From Octopus vulgaris (taxonomy: Eukaryota), in NCBI GenBank assembly GCA_951406725.2, contig OX597838.1, positions 6,572,001 to 6,636,000 on the forward strand: 64,000 bases of DNA, written 5' to 3'. Position 1 is the stretch's first letter; every line of letters starts with the position of its first letter. Below the pieces are notes generated by a model, which did not search any database, was not told the DNA's origin, and worked only from the letters and a program-made list of their open reading frames with translations. The position numbers and the translations under genes were made by a program. Positions 1 to 14,520 of the stretch are shown in pieces.

Positions 1-725
1 TATCCACAAGGCTTTGGGTTGAGTTCCAGTGCGTGGCACTTCAGGTGATTATGTTCACATGGGGCGCTAGGATAACCAAATCCTTGTTAGCAGATTTGAT
101 AGCCGAAATCTGACATAGATCCTATATATGTATATGTATGTGTGCATGTGTGTGTATACATATATATATATGTATATACATGTGTGTGTGTATTTGAGAG
201 AGAGAGAAAGAGTATGTGTGTATACATATATATATGCGTGCATGTGTGTGTGTATACACACACACATATATATATATGTGTGTGTATTTGGGAGAGAGAG
301 AAAGAGTATGTGTGTGTGCATGTGTTTGTATACATATATATATCTGTATTTGAGAGAAACAGAAAGAATATGTGTTTGTATGTGTGTATGTGAGTGTGCA
401 TGTGTGTATATATATATATATATGTGCGTGCATATGTGTGTATTTGAGAGAGAGAAAGAGTATATGTGTGCCTGTCTGTGTGTGAGTGTGTGTGTGAGTG
501 TGGGTGTGTTTGTGTGTGTGTGTGTGTGTATGTGTGTGTGTGATTGTCCCCAATGCCGGTTGCCAGTCAATATTTGTTTGTCTAACTCCACGTAACCTTT
601 GAGTTTAGCAAAACGCGCCAAGATGAGTACCAGATATAAAAAATTGGTAGTAGGATAAATTTCTTCACCGTATACTCTTAACCAAGCATGGGTGTTCTGC
701 CAAAACTGTGACAAGTAAAATAGAA
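1..725 (+). mobile_element. Degenerate SINE family A copy with expanded internal microsatellite
   Basis: 1-122 resembles the family A head/body (gggttgagttccagtgcgtggcac...accaaatccttg) and 545-725 resembles the 3' half. The internal TA/TG tract is expanded to about 420 bp. Confidence 0.55.
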
Positions 726-1038
726 ATGATTAGAAAACAAGAAACTTTGGTTTCTGACAAACCACATTAATGGTAATTTTAATTTCAAAGCAGTTCTTCG
801 CACATAAATATTTAACAAATAAGTCTTCAACATTGAGAATATTGACAAAAGGGTTAAAGAGGATATCACTATTAGATAACATTATTCGTTTGCTAAAGAA
901 ATGTTAGACATCTTTCGTTTTATTAGGATTCTCTTGTGACCGCTTCTTGTAATTCTATTAACTGGTTGAATATGAACGCATTTATAAGAGAATACACACG
1001 CGCACACAGAGAAAGACATACGCACACATATGTGGTCA

Positions 1039-1076
<38 letters not shown>

Positions 1077-1164
1077 ACATATATGTATGTGCGTGGGTGT
1101 ATGCATTTCTATGTGCGTGTGTGTGGGCACGAACATATGTATATAATCGCATATGTACGTGTGC

Positions 1165-1208
<44 letters not shown>

Positions 1209-1783
1209 CTTAGTATAACTATACGTATATACATACACATATATATATATACACGCGTATATAAGTGTGTAATTGTATGTGTGTGCATACGTTTCTATGG
1301 GATTGTGGGTGTGTGCATGTATATATGTATATAACTACATATATATATGTGTGTGTGTATATATGTATAAATAAACGCATATACATACATATATAGAGAC
1401 ATATATATATATATATATATATATACATACATACATACACACGTATATAAGTGTGCCTGCATTAATATATATGTGCGTGTGTATGTGTGTGTTTGTGTGT
1501 AAGTGTGTGTTTGTGCGTGTGAATGCGCATGTTTGCTGTTTGCACAATGGCTTCTATTTCTTTCGAAATTACATCGAACCGATATCCTGTTATCGGAATA
1601 TAACGATCTTCCCCTTATAAGCTATTCTAGTCGTTCAAAATATCTCGATCGTAGATTTTCATTAAAATTCAACGACTGATATTTGTATAAAAATTATATG
1701 TCTCCTAAACACTCGGTCACAAATTTGTTTGGAATCATTATTCGATTTAATCCAATCCAAAACTGTCGTGATATTTTACGTCA

Positions 1784-1967
1784 CAGCTCCGCAATCTCTT
1801 TTCATTCGCGGCACACATGCATTCTGTTTAAAATTCGGCGGCAGACCTGAACTAGTAAAATAACTAAAATTATAGGGAACAACATTATATTCTGGTTACG
1901 CGGCGGAACACCTAGAATCATCTCGTCGCACACCGGCGTGCCGAGGTATGCCGCTTGCGGATCACTG
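1784..1967. mobile_element. hAT/Charlie-like MITE
   Basis: Imperfect TIR CAGCTCCGCAA ... TTGCGGATCACTG with internal gcggcacac/gcggaacacc subterminal motifs typical of Charlie-type elements. No clear 8-bp TSD. Confidence 0.5.
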
Positions 1968-2184
1968 CTTTATGCAAAGTCATAAGGTTTATCGTTCAAA
2001 CACTCAGGAATTTGAACTAAGAAATTTATGATCCAGAATATATATTACGAAGAATAACGACAGCCACCTTACCGACTCTGCCATTTCTACAAGAATGATG
2101 CGAGGAAAACTGATCTTTGCAGTAACTCCGAACATATCAAAGACTTCTAAGTGAGTTAGGTAGATGCAATCTCAAAGAGTAGTT

Positions 2185-2189
2185 ACAGT

Positions 2190-2223
<34 letters not shown>

Positions 2224-2224
2224 T

Positions 2225-2275
<51 letters not shown>

Positions 2276-2296
2276 CAGCAGCAGCAGCAGCAGCAA
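2185..2296. repeat. (CAG)/(TAG)n microsatellite
   Basis: Direct inspection. Confidence 0.9.
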
Positions 2297-2524
2297 CAGT
2301 TATAATAGAAATAGGGGGAGGAGGAGGAAGATGAGGAGGGGGAGGAAGTGGAGGGCTACATATATAGGAGAATGAGGATCATGTGGTGGTTGAAGAGGAG
2401 AGCAACAGAAAGGAGGTGTCATTTGGCAGACAAATTTAGTCCATCAATTAATTTCCGCTAAATTATATACACTGACATAATTACACAAGGGATAAATCTC
2501 TCTATCTCTCTGTCTTATCAACAC

Positions 2525-3230
<706 letters not shown>

Positions 3231-3367
3231 CTCAAACACTCTCTGCGAATATATTTATATGAATATGCGCATGTGCGCGTTCGTTAGGTAGACGTTCGCT
3301 GGTGTATATGTGTACATTTATCATCACGGATAGAGAGAGAGAGAGAGTCAAAGAGAGAGAGAGCCAA

Positions 3368-3398
<31 letters not shown>

Positions 3399-3749
3399 CA
3401 AACAAACAGACAGACAGACTGACTGACATACAAACAGAATGAGAAAATGATAAACACGGATACAAACGCAAAGACAGGGAGTCAATGAGACAAGCAAATC
3501 GATATCTAGAGAGATATCAAAGTTGTTGGCATTGTTTATTCCGATTATCAATCATAAGTCAAAATCCGAAGATAAATACGTCAACCACCCAACACCCCAC
3601 TACACCATTCAATTCCCAATTAAAATAACATATCCGAGTTTCTTTAAGCGTCGATGAATCGCAACGTAATCAATCATAACCGAAACACACATTGGCATAA
3701 AATAATATTCGCACGCGCATGAAGAAATTCACGTATATAAATATTAACA

Positions 3750-3781
<32 letters not shown>

Positions 3782-3792
3782 TAATCTTTTAT

Positions 3793-3906
3793 TTGTTTCA
3801 GTCATCTGACTGCTGCCATGCTGGAGCACCGCATTTAGTCGAACAAAACGACCCCAAGACTTACAGGCAGTGCTCCAGCATGGCGGCAGTCAAATGACTG
3901 AAACAA
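3793..3906. repeat. Inverted repeat made of two SINE family A 3' tails
   Basis: Arms 3793-3832 and 3867-3906 are complementary at 37 of 40 positions, with a 34-nt spacer. Confidence 0.9.
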
Positions 3907-3955
3907 GTAAAGGAGTAAAGCGTTTTATACGACGTTGTTAGGATTCTGTGATAAT

Positions 3956-4348
3956 CGCAGGAGTGGCTGTGTGGTAAGCAGTTTGCTTACCAACAAACAT
4001 GGTTCCGGTTTCAATCCCATTGCATGACACCTTGGGCAAGTGTCTTCTGCTATAGCCTCGGGCCGATCAAAGCCTTGTGAGTGGATTTGGTAGAGGGAAA
4101 CTGGAAGAAGCATGTCGCGTACATATATAATATATATGTATATATTTTATGTATGTGTGTCTTTGTGTCTGTTCTCCCACAATGGCTTGGCAACCGATGC
4201 TAGTGTATTTATGTTTCTGAATTTTGTAGACAAAATAATTACCAGGCTTTCAGAGAATGTGTTCTGGGGTTAATTTCTTCGACTAATGGCGGTGCTCCAG
4301 CATGGCTGCAGTAAAATTACTGAAACATGTAAAAGAGTAAAAGAGTAA
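3956..4348 (+). mobile_element. tRNA-derived SINE family A, full length
   Basis: A-box-like tggctgtgtgg, B-box-like ggtttcaatccc, CORE-like accttgggcaagtgtctt, internal TA/TG tract and (taaaagag)n tail. Matches copies at 44526, 48860 and 51789. Confidence 0.85.
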
Positions 4349-4879
4349 GCCGTCTTAATTAATTAATCAATGAACTGAAATTGAAGAAATAATTGGCTTT
4401 TATCACGATTTAATATGGACGTGACCACAAAACCTGGAAATATATTATTACCTACTTTGTGTTCGGCGAATTGAGTTAGAGGATGTTTGACTCCGCGTAA
4501 GTGTAAACTGTTGTGTAATTGAAAAAGTTATATTCTTTATAATAGGTTTCGAAGTAAAGGGCATGAAATAATTTCTTGCAACAAAATGTTGTCCCATTCT
4601 AAATTAGAATACGTATGCTAATTGTTAATAAAGTCCGCTTATGCCTGATTTTGTGGGTATTAGATCAATAATTAAAATTGATATATTTTCACAGAGTAAC
4701 TCTTAGATAACGAAACATCAATGCCACTTGGTGGATGCGAAGAGTAAAAATAAATAAAAATAAACTAAACAAAATTGTATAGTAGTCTCAATGTTCATAC
4801 ATGCAAAAATACATACATACATGAATGCATGTATGTATGTCTGAATGAATTTACATACTCACACACACACATACACACA

Positions 4880-4918
<39 letters not shown>

Positions 4919-4921
<3 letters not shown>

Positions 4922-5082
4922 CATATGCGTTGCTGTAAGGTAAGTAGTTTTCATCGCAACCACATGGTTCCAGGTTCAGTACTGCTGCGTGGTAGCTTGG
5001 GCAAGTGACTTCTACTACAGTCTAGGGCCGACCAAAGCCTTGAGGAGTGAATTTGGTAGGCGCAAACTGAAAGAGGCCAGTC

Positions 5083-5085
<3 letters not shown>
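4919..5085 (+). mobile_element. SINE family A 5' half
   Basis: caaccacatggttccaggttcagt...ttgggcaagtg...gccgaccaaagccttg, running into (TA)n. Confidence 0.75.
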
Positions 5086-5152
<67 letters not shown>

Positions 5153-5896
5153 GTGTATATGTATATATTTAAAATTTAGGTTAGTTAAAATAGGTGTGTA
5201 ATATTTTCCAAAGGTAAATTCTCCACAGTTACCGAGAAGAAAAAAATTCTCTCTTTTTTGTTACAAATTTAAAATATAAAGAACTCTATATCTACGCAGA
5301 ATTGCCCCGTATTGGATTCGCAGGCGCACTGTTTCTGGTTCTTTACCTTCTTTCAAAGTGGGATACTGAAGCTAGGCAACTCTGGTCAAATTTAAAACCG
5401 CTGTTTCAATATAAAAAATAGCAGTCATTGACATTGACCAATATCCGACGATGTAGCTGTCCCGTCAGGGTAAAATTTTCTGTATCCTTGCAAAGCTCTC
5501 ATTAGGCTTACGCGAGCATTAGATTAGCTAAGGTTATGTCGGCTCATATGTTGACATCTTGGTCACTATGTTGACTGACTTTAGTTAAAACTACGGCGTT
5601 GAATCCGCCCCGGAGACCTTTCTCTTCGGTAAAGCTAAAGATAAAAAAATACAGCAGCATGGAAGGCGACATAATGCAACACTGGGGAGGTATGATGTTT
5701 TTATATCTCTTTACCATAAAAGAAGGGGTTTTTTTTTTCCACGGTAGCGGCCTTTAGGCTTTGAAATATGTCACATACGGGTATTATCTAAATTAAGTTC
5801 CCTTAGGCCAAAACACGGCTTGGAATTAATACTGCTGAAACCAAACACAAACAGATAATACACACACGAACATATATTCGTATATATGTATATAAG

Positions 5897-5995
<99 letters not shown>

Positions 5996-6017
5996 ATATG
6001 TATACACACCCACACGC

Positions 6018-6052
<35 letters not shown>

Positions 6053-6080
6053 TATATATATATATAAATGTATACATGTT

Positions 6081-6139
<59 letters not shown>

Positions 6140-6769
6140 ATGCGTCAGCACAGGCGCGCACGTACACACACACATATATCTGCTATGCTTTATGGGAACT
6201 ATTCTGCGATAACACACCTGAAAGAGGAATAAGAAGAGAGAAATAAAAGAAGAGAGAAAAAAAATAACACCAAAATGAATCGTAAAAATCAAATATTCTA
6301 CACAGTTGAATGGATTATCGAATTAGTAATAAGAAAACTTATGCCTTTGGATATCTTAGCAGCATGGTGAAAAACCGGTGAAATGGAAACTATTATGTGG
6401 ATAGACTCTGAGAATTCATCCAACATTGAAATCTGCAACAACATACGTATTCTCGTAGAATTTTGTCTTCCAAATATTTGATATTCTCGCAGAGATGCAG
6501 AATATGTTTTAAGAAGGAAGTTATTCCACAGGCAGATTATAAAAAAACTCTTCCAAACTGTCTTAAAGAGTCCTCTTAACCTTTTTCTCTTTGCCACCTT
6601 TATCATTCGTTGCTGTCACACTTTCCAATCTTCCACTGTATCTCTTATATTTTCACTATCTCTCTCTCTCTCTCTCTCTTTTATGTATGTCTGTCTATCT
6701 ATCTATCTATCTATATATCTATCTATCTATCTATCTATCTATCTACTTACCAACCTACCTACTTACCTA

Positions 6770-6800
<31 letters not shown>

Positions 6801-6817
6801 GTCTATCTGTCTATCTA

Positions 6818-6864
<47 letters not shown>

Positions 6865-6936
6865 ATCTACCTCTCTTTATATATATGTCTATCTATCTGT
6901 CTATCTATCTATCTACCTAGCTACATACCTACTTAC

Positions 6937-6968
<32 letters not shown>

Positions 6969-7713
6969 TTACCTGTATATCTATCTGTCTGTCTATCTAT
7001 ATGCCTACCTACCTACTAACCTATCTATCTCTCTATCGGTCTATCTATCTATCTTTCTCTCTCTCTTTCTCTCTGTACGTATCTATATATATATTAGTAT
7101 GTGTGTGTGTGTCCGTCTGTGTGTGGTGTGTGTGTAGACACACATATAAAGATTGTGCGTGCGTGCTCTTGCTTATACATCTGCATATGTATAAATGTAT
7201 ATGTAGAAACTGAGAGATAATACGATACACGTGACCAGCAGCAGAACAATAGGTTATAGATATTTACAGGGTAGAAGAATCGAGTACGAACCACCTTGGT
7301 AATTACAGATTTGCATAAAACTGCATGCGTTGCTACAAGTATTAATTAATTTAAGCATCGTTCGACGTCAGTGTTGATATACATTTAAGTTAAGTGAATT
7401 GTTTCGTTAATTGGATAATTTACCATATATATTTGCCGTGTATTCACTCCGGTGAAAAACGTGATTCTTCTGCTCACTCGAAAATAGACTAAACTGACTA
7501 CTAGGGACCCATTTGGCTGAACATTAAGGTTCATTCCCAAGGAAAATGCGTTTCGTCTCTTTTATTGTCTCTCAAACGTAAGCAGTAACTTCAATAAGAA
7601 ATTGTGCGGAAGCCTACATTATAAGTTTTCATACACACGCATGCCTTTCGCTGTGCGTTCGTTTCGTATCACTCGCCGCTAGGCATTCTGTGTTAGTATG
7701 CTTAACTTGTATA

Positions 7714-8167
7714 AGTTAATGTTGCAATAGAAATAAAAATATGCTGGTAAAACAAGTATCAGATTGAGGAACCAACTACTTATTTCGGTTTGTTTAAGTA
7801 ATTCAAAGAAGACCAACCGCTTGGCTGGTATGCATTGCGGGATACAACAACGATTAAAAGAAACAAGTTTATTCTTTTATTTTTCTCAGTCATTTGACTG
7901 CGACCATGCTGGAGCACCGCCTTTAGTCGAACCAATCGATAGTTAATGTTGCAATAGAAATAAAAATATGCTGGTAAAACAAGTATCAGATTGAGGAACC
8001 AACTACTTATTTCGGTTTGTTTAAGTAATTCAAAGAAGACCAACCGCTTGGCTGGTATGCATTGAGGGATACAACAACGATTAAAAGAAACAAGTTTATT
8101 CTTTTATTTTTCTCAGTCATTTGACTGCGACCATGCTGGAGCACCGCCTTTAGTCGAACAAATCGAT
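7714..8167. repeat. 227-bp tandem duplication
   Basis: 7714-7940 and 7941-8167 differ at only 2 visible positions. Confidence 0.9.
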
Positions 8168-8337
8168 CCCAGGAGTTATTCTTTGTAAGCCTTGTACTTA
8201 TTCTATCGGTCTCTTTTTGCCGAACCGCTAAGTTACGGGTAACGTGAACACACCAACATCGGTTGTCAAGCGATAGCGGGGGTACAAACACACACACACA
8301 TACACACACACACATACACACACACATACATACACAT

Positions 8338-8369
<32 letters not shown>

Positions 8370-8508
8370 TTACAACGGGCTTCTTTTGAGTTTCCCTCTA
8401 CCTAATCCACTTACAAGGCTTTGGTCGGCCCGAGGCTATAGTAGAAGACATTTGCCCAAGGTGCAACACAGTGGGACTGAACCCGGAATTATGTGGTTGG
8501 TAAGCAAG
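8100..8508 (-). mobile_element. SINE family A, head slightly truncated
   Basis: Reverse-complement match to the 51789-52198 copy. Confidence 0.85.
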
Positions 8509-9140
8509 GAAGTCCTTGTATCACATGTGAAAAATTTACGAATATCATGACGAAGAACTTTTGCTTTACGTTGGTACTTCACAATATGGAAACCGAACGT
8601 GAATGTTAACAGCGTCGCCGTGTTTCATCATTTGAATATCAATGCGATGGTTACGGCATTAAATAATTCGTTTTATTGCTTTCTTACATTTCGTAGTAAT
8701 ATTTTTACTACTATTACTGCTTTATTGGTGTTGCAAGCGGCCCTGGCTGAGTGCCGTTATGATAAAATGCTTTCATTCCTTGATAAACAACGCATTATGA
8801 CGCCCTGTAGTAAATAGACTACATTACCAAGATTGAAGTCTCATTTCCTTTCTAATAGTATAATGTGTGATTGATGATTGACGTATCAAACAATCTGGTA
8901 GGAGCTTCCTGTCCTCTCCTTCTCGATTTATCATCAGGCGCGTTTATACTAGAAACCGCATTAACAATAATAACTGTTAAACCTGATTTTCCTGTATTAC
9001 TACTGGCCTACATAGAAGCAAATCGTCGTTAGACTGGAGGGAGACATTGCTTTTCCTATTTGTCATGCTTGGTATTACTATATCTCTAACTTTATTATGA
9101 AATTTAGGTTCATGAATTTGTGTTGCAAGATTTCTGATGT

Positions 9141-9400
9141 GAAGCCTTGTGAGTGGATTTGGAAGACGGTAATTGAACAAAGTCCGTCGTATATATTTAT
9201 ATGTCTGTGTCTGTGTGTGTATTTGTGTGTCTGTATTTATCCGCCAAACCCCACTATCGCTTGACAACCGATGTTGGTGTGTTTACGTCCCCATAGCATA
9301 GCGGTTCGGCAAGAAGTACTAGGCTTACAAAGAATAAGTACTGGCAGTGCTCCAACATGATTAAAGCGAAATACCTGAACAAAATAACAAAATAAAAGAA
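9141..9400 (+). mobile_element. SINE family A, 5'-truncated and internally deleted
   Basis: agccttgtgagtggatttgg...cgcttgacaaccgatgttggtgtgtttacgtcccc...gtgctccaacatg. Confidence 0.75.
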
Positions 9401-10764
9401 TAAAAATCATACCGATGTTATAGTGATGTTAGTGATATGTGCCTTATTATGTATTTTTCTTCACAGCTGCTGCAATTCAATGGGGAAATAAACCCTGATA
9501 TGCAGTATTCGGTACCTGGTTCATACACAATGATTTACTGCAAGTGATCGATCAACATTTTGAATATTGATCAATTCATGTGCCAAGTATGGAATTAAAA
9601 AAGAACAGAAAATAACTCAGGACTATTCCGTCGTTCTTTTCACACTCTTACTCCTGTGTCTTTCTTCGAAGAAGTAATACCTTATAAACATTACTTTTCT
9701 TTCAATGGAGTGACCCCGAAATGAAACTTAGGAAATTTACTGTGCAATCTTGGCGGGGAAATCCTTCATCATCAACCTGAGAATTTTCTATTGCGCATAC
9801 AAAAATCGATGTCCAATTTAGCCAGATTTAGCAGGCACTGAGTGAAATGCTAAACATACCGGAATCAAAGCCGCTGTGTAGGAGCCAAAAACTTATAAAG
9901 GATAATAGAGCGTTCGGTGAATTACGATAATGCAGAAGCTACACAGTATATTGCTTCGAAATTCAGAAAGAATTTTTATCATGATTAAGCTCGAGGCATA
10001 GAAGCTGCTGTAGAATCTTTTGGTAAAAAATATCGTTTGTATATTTTCACGCAAAAATGAACATATATAGGTGTTATATAGGTCACACAAGTACATTTGT
10101 ACTATTATAATGAATCTGCGCTTACATCAAAGTGCCGTTAGAAAACAAAACTATATTGAAAAGAAAACATTTGTTGATAATACATCTATCGTAAAGGGAA
10201 ATTTTTTAAAAAAGAGAAAAGCTCGATGGAAACATTAATCTTGAAAGTTGCATTAAAAACTAAGTAGAATGAAAACTAGCAGTTGCATATATCCCAACCT
10301 ATTAAGAAAGTAATAGCACTTGATTGCTGAAATAAACGTAACGTTAATAGGCCTATTAAGGTCCACATATGCAACAAAGCAACGAAGCATTTGCATTGTT
10401 AAGCAGTATGCTTAAAATAGCATCGAAGTATCCATTATATCTCCTCATGGTCTTAAACAACCGGACATGTTAGATAATACGGTGCTCGATACAGTACGTT
10501 TGAAAAGAGCAAAAAGACCGCGTGTTAAAAGCCGGAATTGAAAGTATTACAAGTTTGGTCAATCAGGCTACAAGCGGGTATTAACATTTGGTCTAAGAGC
10601 AGCACAATCTCTCACATCCAATAGATACTATGTGGTATGCACATTGAAATATCTGAGGTAGCCCAGTTGTTCTAAATACTGTGCGGGAATGCTCACAACA
10701 AATAGCTCTTTAGAAAAGCAGCTAGCGAAGTCTGATTAAGTCAAGCATAACACATATCTAACCG

Positions 10765-11121
10765 AAATCTGAAAGTATGACTCCGAATGATCAAGATCGG
10801 AGTGGCAAGGATCCAGACATGTTTATCTGAGTAGAATTGATTAGTTACACAAGGCTTTGATGCTTGTGAGTGTGGTAATAATGATATCCAAAAACTGCTT
10901 TTTAGACTTGAGAAGACATTCCCCTTCATTGAAGAAGATGAAGCTAGCAACATACCATAATATACATTCTTGTTCGCAAAATTTAAAAAGGAGAAGAACA
11001 TATGTTCCACGGGGCAGGACTTGTTTTGCAAGTGGTTAGAGTAAGCAGTTATTTCTCATAAACATTTTTGAAACCTAACGGTGTGCCGAACTTGATCATT
11101 CGGAGTCATACCTACATATTT
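10765..11121. repeat. Inverted repeat pair, possibly MITE TIRs
   Basis: Perfect 21-bp core gtatgactccgaatgatcaag (10775-10795) matches the reverse complement at 11091-11111, extending imperfectly to about 36 bp. Confidence 0.7.
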
Positions 11122-11569
11122 AGTACTATGCGATCGATCTGTGTAGAGAGAATCACATCGAAATATTTTGTTAACCTTACACACATGCTCCACGGTCCTA
11201 ATGTTATTTTAAAGAAAACCAATATTTATTTATGTTGTTCAAATGCTCCATAACAATGCTTTCATATCTGTGATACAGGAATTTGACTGCTATTTCATTT
11301 ATTAATCTTGCTGATAAAGCTGTGAACAAGGATTGCACTGCAGAGGCAACTGCAAAATTCTTTAGTACTACAGTATTCGTACCATTTAACGAAGGTCAAA
11401 ATGATATGTCACGTATTCTGCCTAGATATGCCTATGATGTGATGAAACTTTTGCCCATGAAATCAATATGCTGGAAATAATGAGGTACATCTATTGGTAA
11501 GGCAAAAGATTATCCGGAAAAGATGAGAGCCAGAGGATTTGTTTACACTCTTCCACCTCATAAAACAAA

Positions 11570-14520
11570 ATCCGAGCCTAAGATGTTTACGAGTGCCAGA
11601 ATCATCATGCCCGAAGTAGTACGAGCTGAAGTAGATGAATGGTAGTAGAAACAAAGCCGTAACATGTAAACGAGAAACGAAATTGTCTCGTTTAAATGAC
11701 GGTAAAGTTAATAACGATAATGTATCCTATGATATTGAAAAATATTGGACAATGATATCCTACATTCATAACGTGGTATGGATTCACGCTTGGTTATACG
11801 AAGGACGTATTTTGGACTCTTCAATCATGTGGAAGACTGACTTTGTAAATATGTGTCCAATAGATGGTCAACAAAGCTCATTGTGTGGTAAAGACGTAAA
11901 TGAGTACATACAGAAGTGAAATTTCTCGTTGAAGAAAACAGAAGAATGAAAGGAGTGAAAATACGAAAATGCATAAATATCAAAATGCTAAAGGAGGATA
12001 ATTATTAAGCGTCATTAACGGAAATATATGTTGAATCTAATTTTGATGGTACATGGGACAATTTCAAAGAAACATTATATACCGTTCGTGCTGAGATTTA
12101 TGGTTTTATCAATCCTATGCATAGCAACTAGTTTGATGACAACGATGAGAGCATAAAAGTCCGAAAGCAAAGCATTCTTTTCACTTACAAGCTATAAACA
12201 CCGGTGGAATTGAACATAATTCAGACGTAACCTCTCTTAAAAGCAACAGATTGCATCGTCAACTCACTCTTCGACAAATGAAAAGCTGTTGGTATCAAAT
12301 ATCTCAAAAGAAACGGAAAACGTAAATGATAGATAGAATTCAATGCAATTGTATAGCTAAATGAAGCAAGCTTTCCGTCCTCAAACCCCAAAAGTTGCGT
12401 TTGTAAATTCAGGAATAGAAACGAATTCTGTAAAGATCCTGATACAACAAAAATAAGATGATTTGAACACTTCACTGAACTTTTTTCAAAATGAATCGAC
12501 TGTGAGAATCGTTATCATAAATGTTCTGCCAGAGGCGGGCCCTATAAATGAAATGATTGTGACGCCGAACTCAAATGAAATAAAATGTGCCATTAATAAG
12601 GTAAACACAGGCAAAGTTCCGGGCCTTGATGTCATCCTTGTAGAACTCATTAGACCTGACAGTAATGCCATCTCACCTGAAATTCCTATTCATATAAAGC
12701 ATCTATAGGGAGCCAGTGATAAGCTGAGGGTCTGGATTGACATAGTTTAATCTTTGTACAAAGACAGAGGTAGCATATCCGTACGTGGCGATTACCATCG
12801 AATGCATTGGAAATTTTTTCTTACTTTATATTTTGGCAATTTAAAGTTGAGAAAAGATATCATACCCGAGAGACAATCTAGCTTTAGAATAGGTGAAACC
12901 ATATGTCCTTTTCACCCTCTGAAATACAAGAAATGCGTAGCTCATTTCAAGTTGATTTCAAAAACGCTTTTGTTATGGTGACCTATCAAGCTAAGTTGCC
13001 CACCGAAGTTTGAAGACATGATTCGTAAACTTCATCTCAACATAAAAGCTCGTGTTAACTCAAACGGTATCATATCAGATGCTGTCTCAAATGATGACGG
13101 TATAAAGCAAGGTTAAAACCTTGCTCCTCTTTCTTTCTCCATACATTTGCTGTTTGTCTTACGGTACCGTTGGCACCTTTCTATATTAACGAAACGTTTG
13201 TAGACTACTGAAATTGATTCGTTTGAGATGTAAATCTAAGGGCTTTGAAGAGATTTTGTATCAAGTGCTATAGGCCGACGATGTTGATTTTTTTTTCTCA
13301 TTCACAATAACATAAGCCACAGTCAATTAACATTTTTTCCGGAGCTTGCACAGCGTTCAGATTCAGTAAAGTGTGACGAAGACTGATGTGATGTTCACGC
13401 TAGCATTCGTGGACAGTTTTATATACGTTGGGTCCATTATATGATTATATGATCTTATGAATCTTTAAATACTAAAATTCAACAAAGGATTGCGAAAGCA
13501 ACTGTCGGTAATCATGAAATTTGAGTGAAGAAGGACTGGGTAATCACTTTTAGCGTGAAGCTTTCGGCGTACGGGTGTTTTTGTTTTGAGCTAACTCCCG
13601 TATATTGAATAAACGGGGGCCACATATTGCCATCAAACAAAGGAAGAGGAACAAGGTTTTAACCGTGCTTTTTACGGCCATCATTTGAGACAGCATCTGA
13701 TATGATACCGTTTGAGTTAACACGAGCTTTTATGTTGAGATGAAGTTTACGAATCATGTCGGCAAACTTCGTTGAGCATCTTAGCTTGATAGGTCACCAT
13801 AACAAAAGCGTTTAAAGAATCAACCAAAATGTTTAAAGGATAAAATGCCAGGCAAAATGGACTGACATAATTCTTCTTGCAAACGTAAATATGGCCAGCA
13901 TTGAAAATTATCATTATTTTTAATCAAATGCGTTAAATGTTTCATTTAATTTGAATGGATGACACAAACATCCTTAAGCAATTGCTTTATGAAAAGTTAA
14001 CGCTAAGAACCCACAACATAAAATCGGAAATACAATAAAGCAACTTTTGAATAGGGGTGTATTTAATTCGGGAAATGTTTACTTTGAATCGAATAAATAA
14101 ACGATCAAAAATCATTTTGAAACATTTGAACTGAACAGATTACAATATGCAAAAGGAAAGTGAGCTACGCGACAGCAGGAAATGATGCATTGATTTCGAT
14201 GGAAGATTCAAGTGAGTTTCCCGTAACTACTAACTCTTATCAAAACTGGATTAATCTGTAATTAAGAATCATGTGACAAGGGACAAAATCAAAATTGATA
14301 TAGGAGCATAATTTCTCTAACTCCAAATCAAAAACAAGTTTCCAACTTGTGATATGGTTTGCAAGCCTGTTAGGTGTCAGAGGAGGCATATAATTGTGCA
14401 CGAAAATTCACCTGCAGACCTAGGGGAAAATTCAGCAAGAGGTTGCCCTAGTTTTTACGAAAGTATGCAAATGAGAAGCTGAACTCGTGAGGTATTTGTG
14501 CAAGATTACTCGTGCAACGT
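11570..14520 (+). pseudogene. Decayed RTE-clade LINE ORF (APE endonuclease remnant, RT, C-terminal Cys/His motifs)
   Basis: Collinear motifs across stops and frameshifts: GKVNND, KYWTMISYI, WDNFKETL..N*FDDNDESI (~12050), PNSNEIKCAINKVNTGKVPGLDVI, LYKDRG, IIPERQSSFR, CPPKFEDMIRKLH..GIKQG*NLAP, VL*ADD (~13265, YADD), FIYVGSII, IQQRIAKA and MDDTNILKQLLYEKL. Confidence 0.9.
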
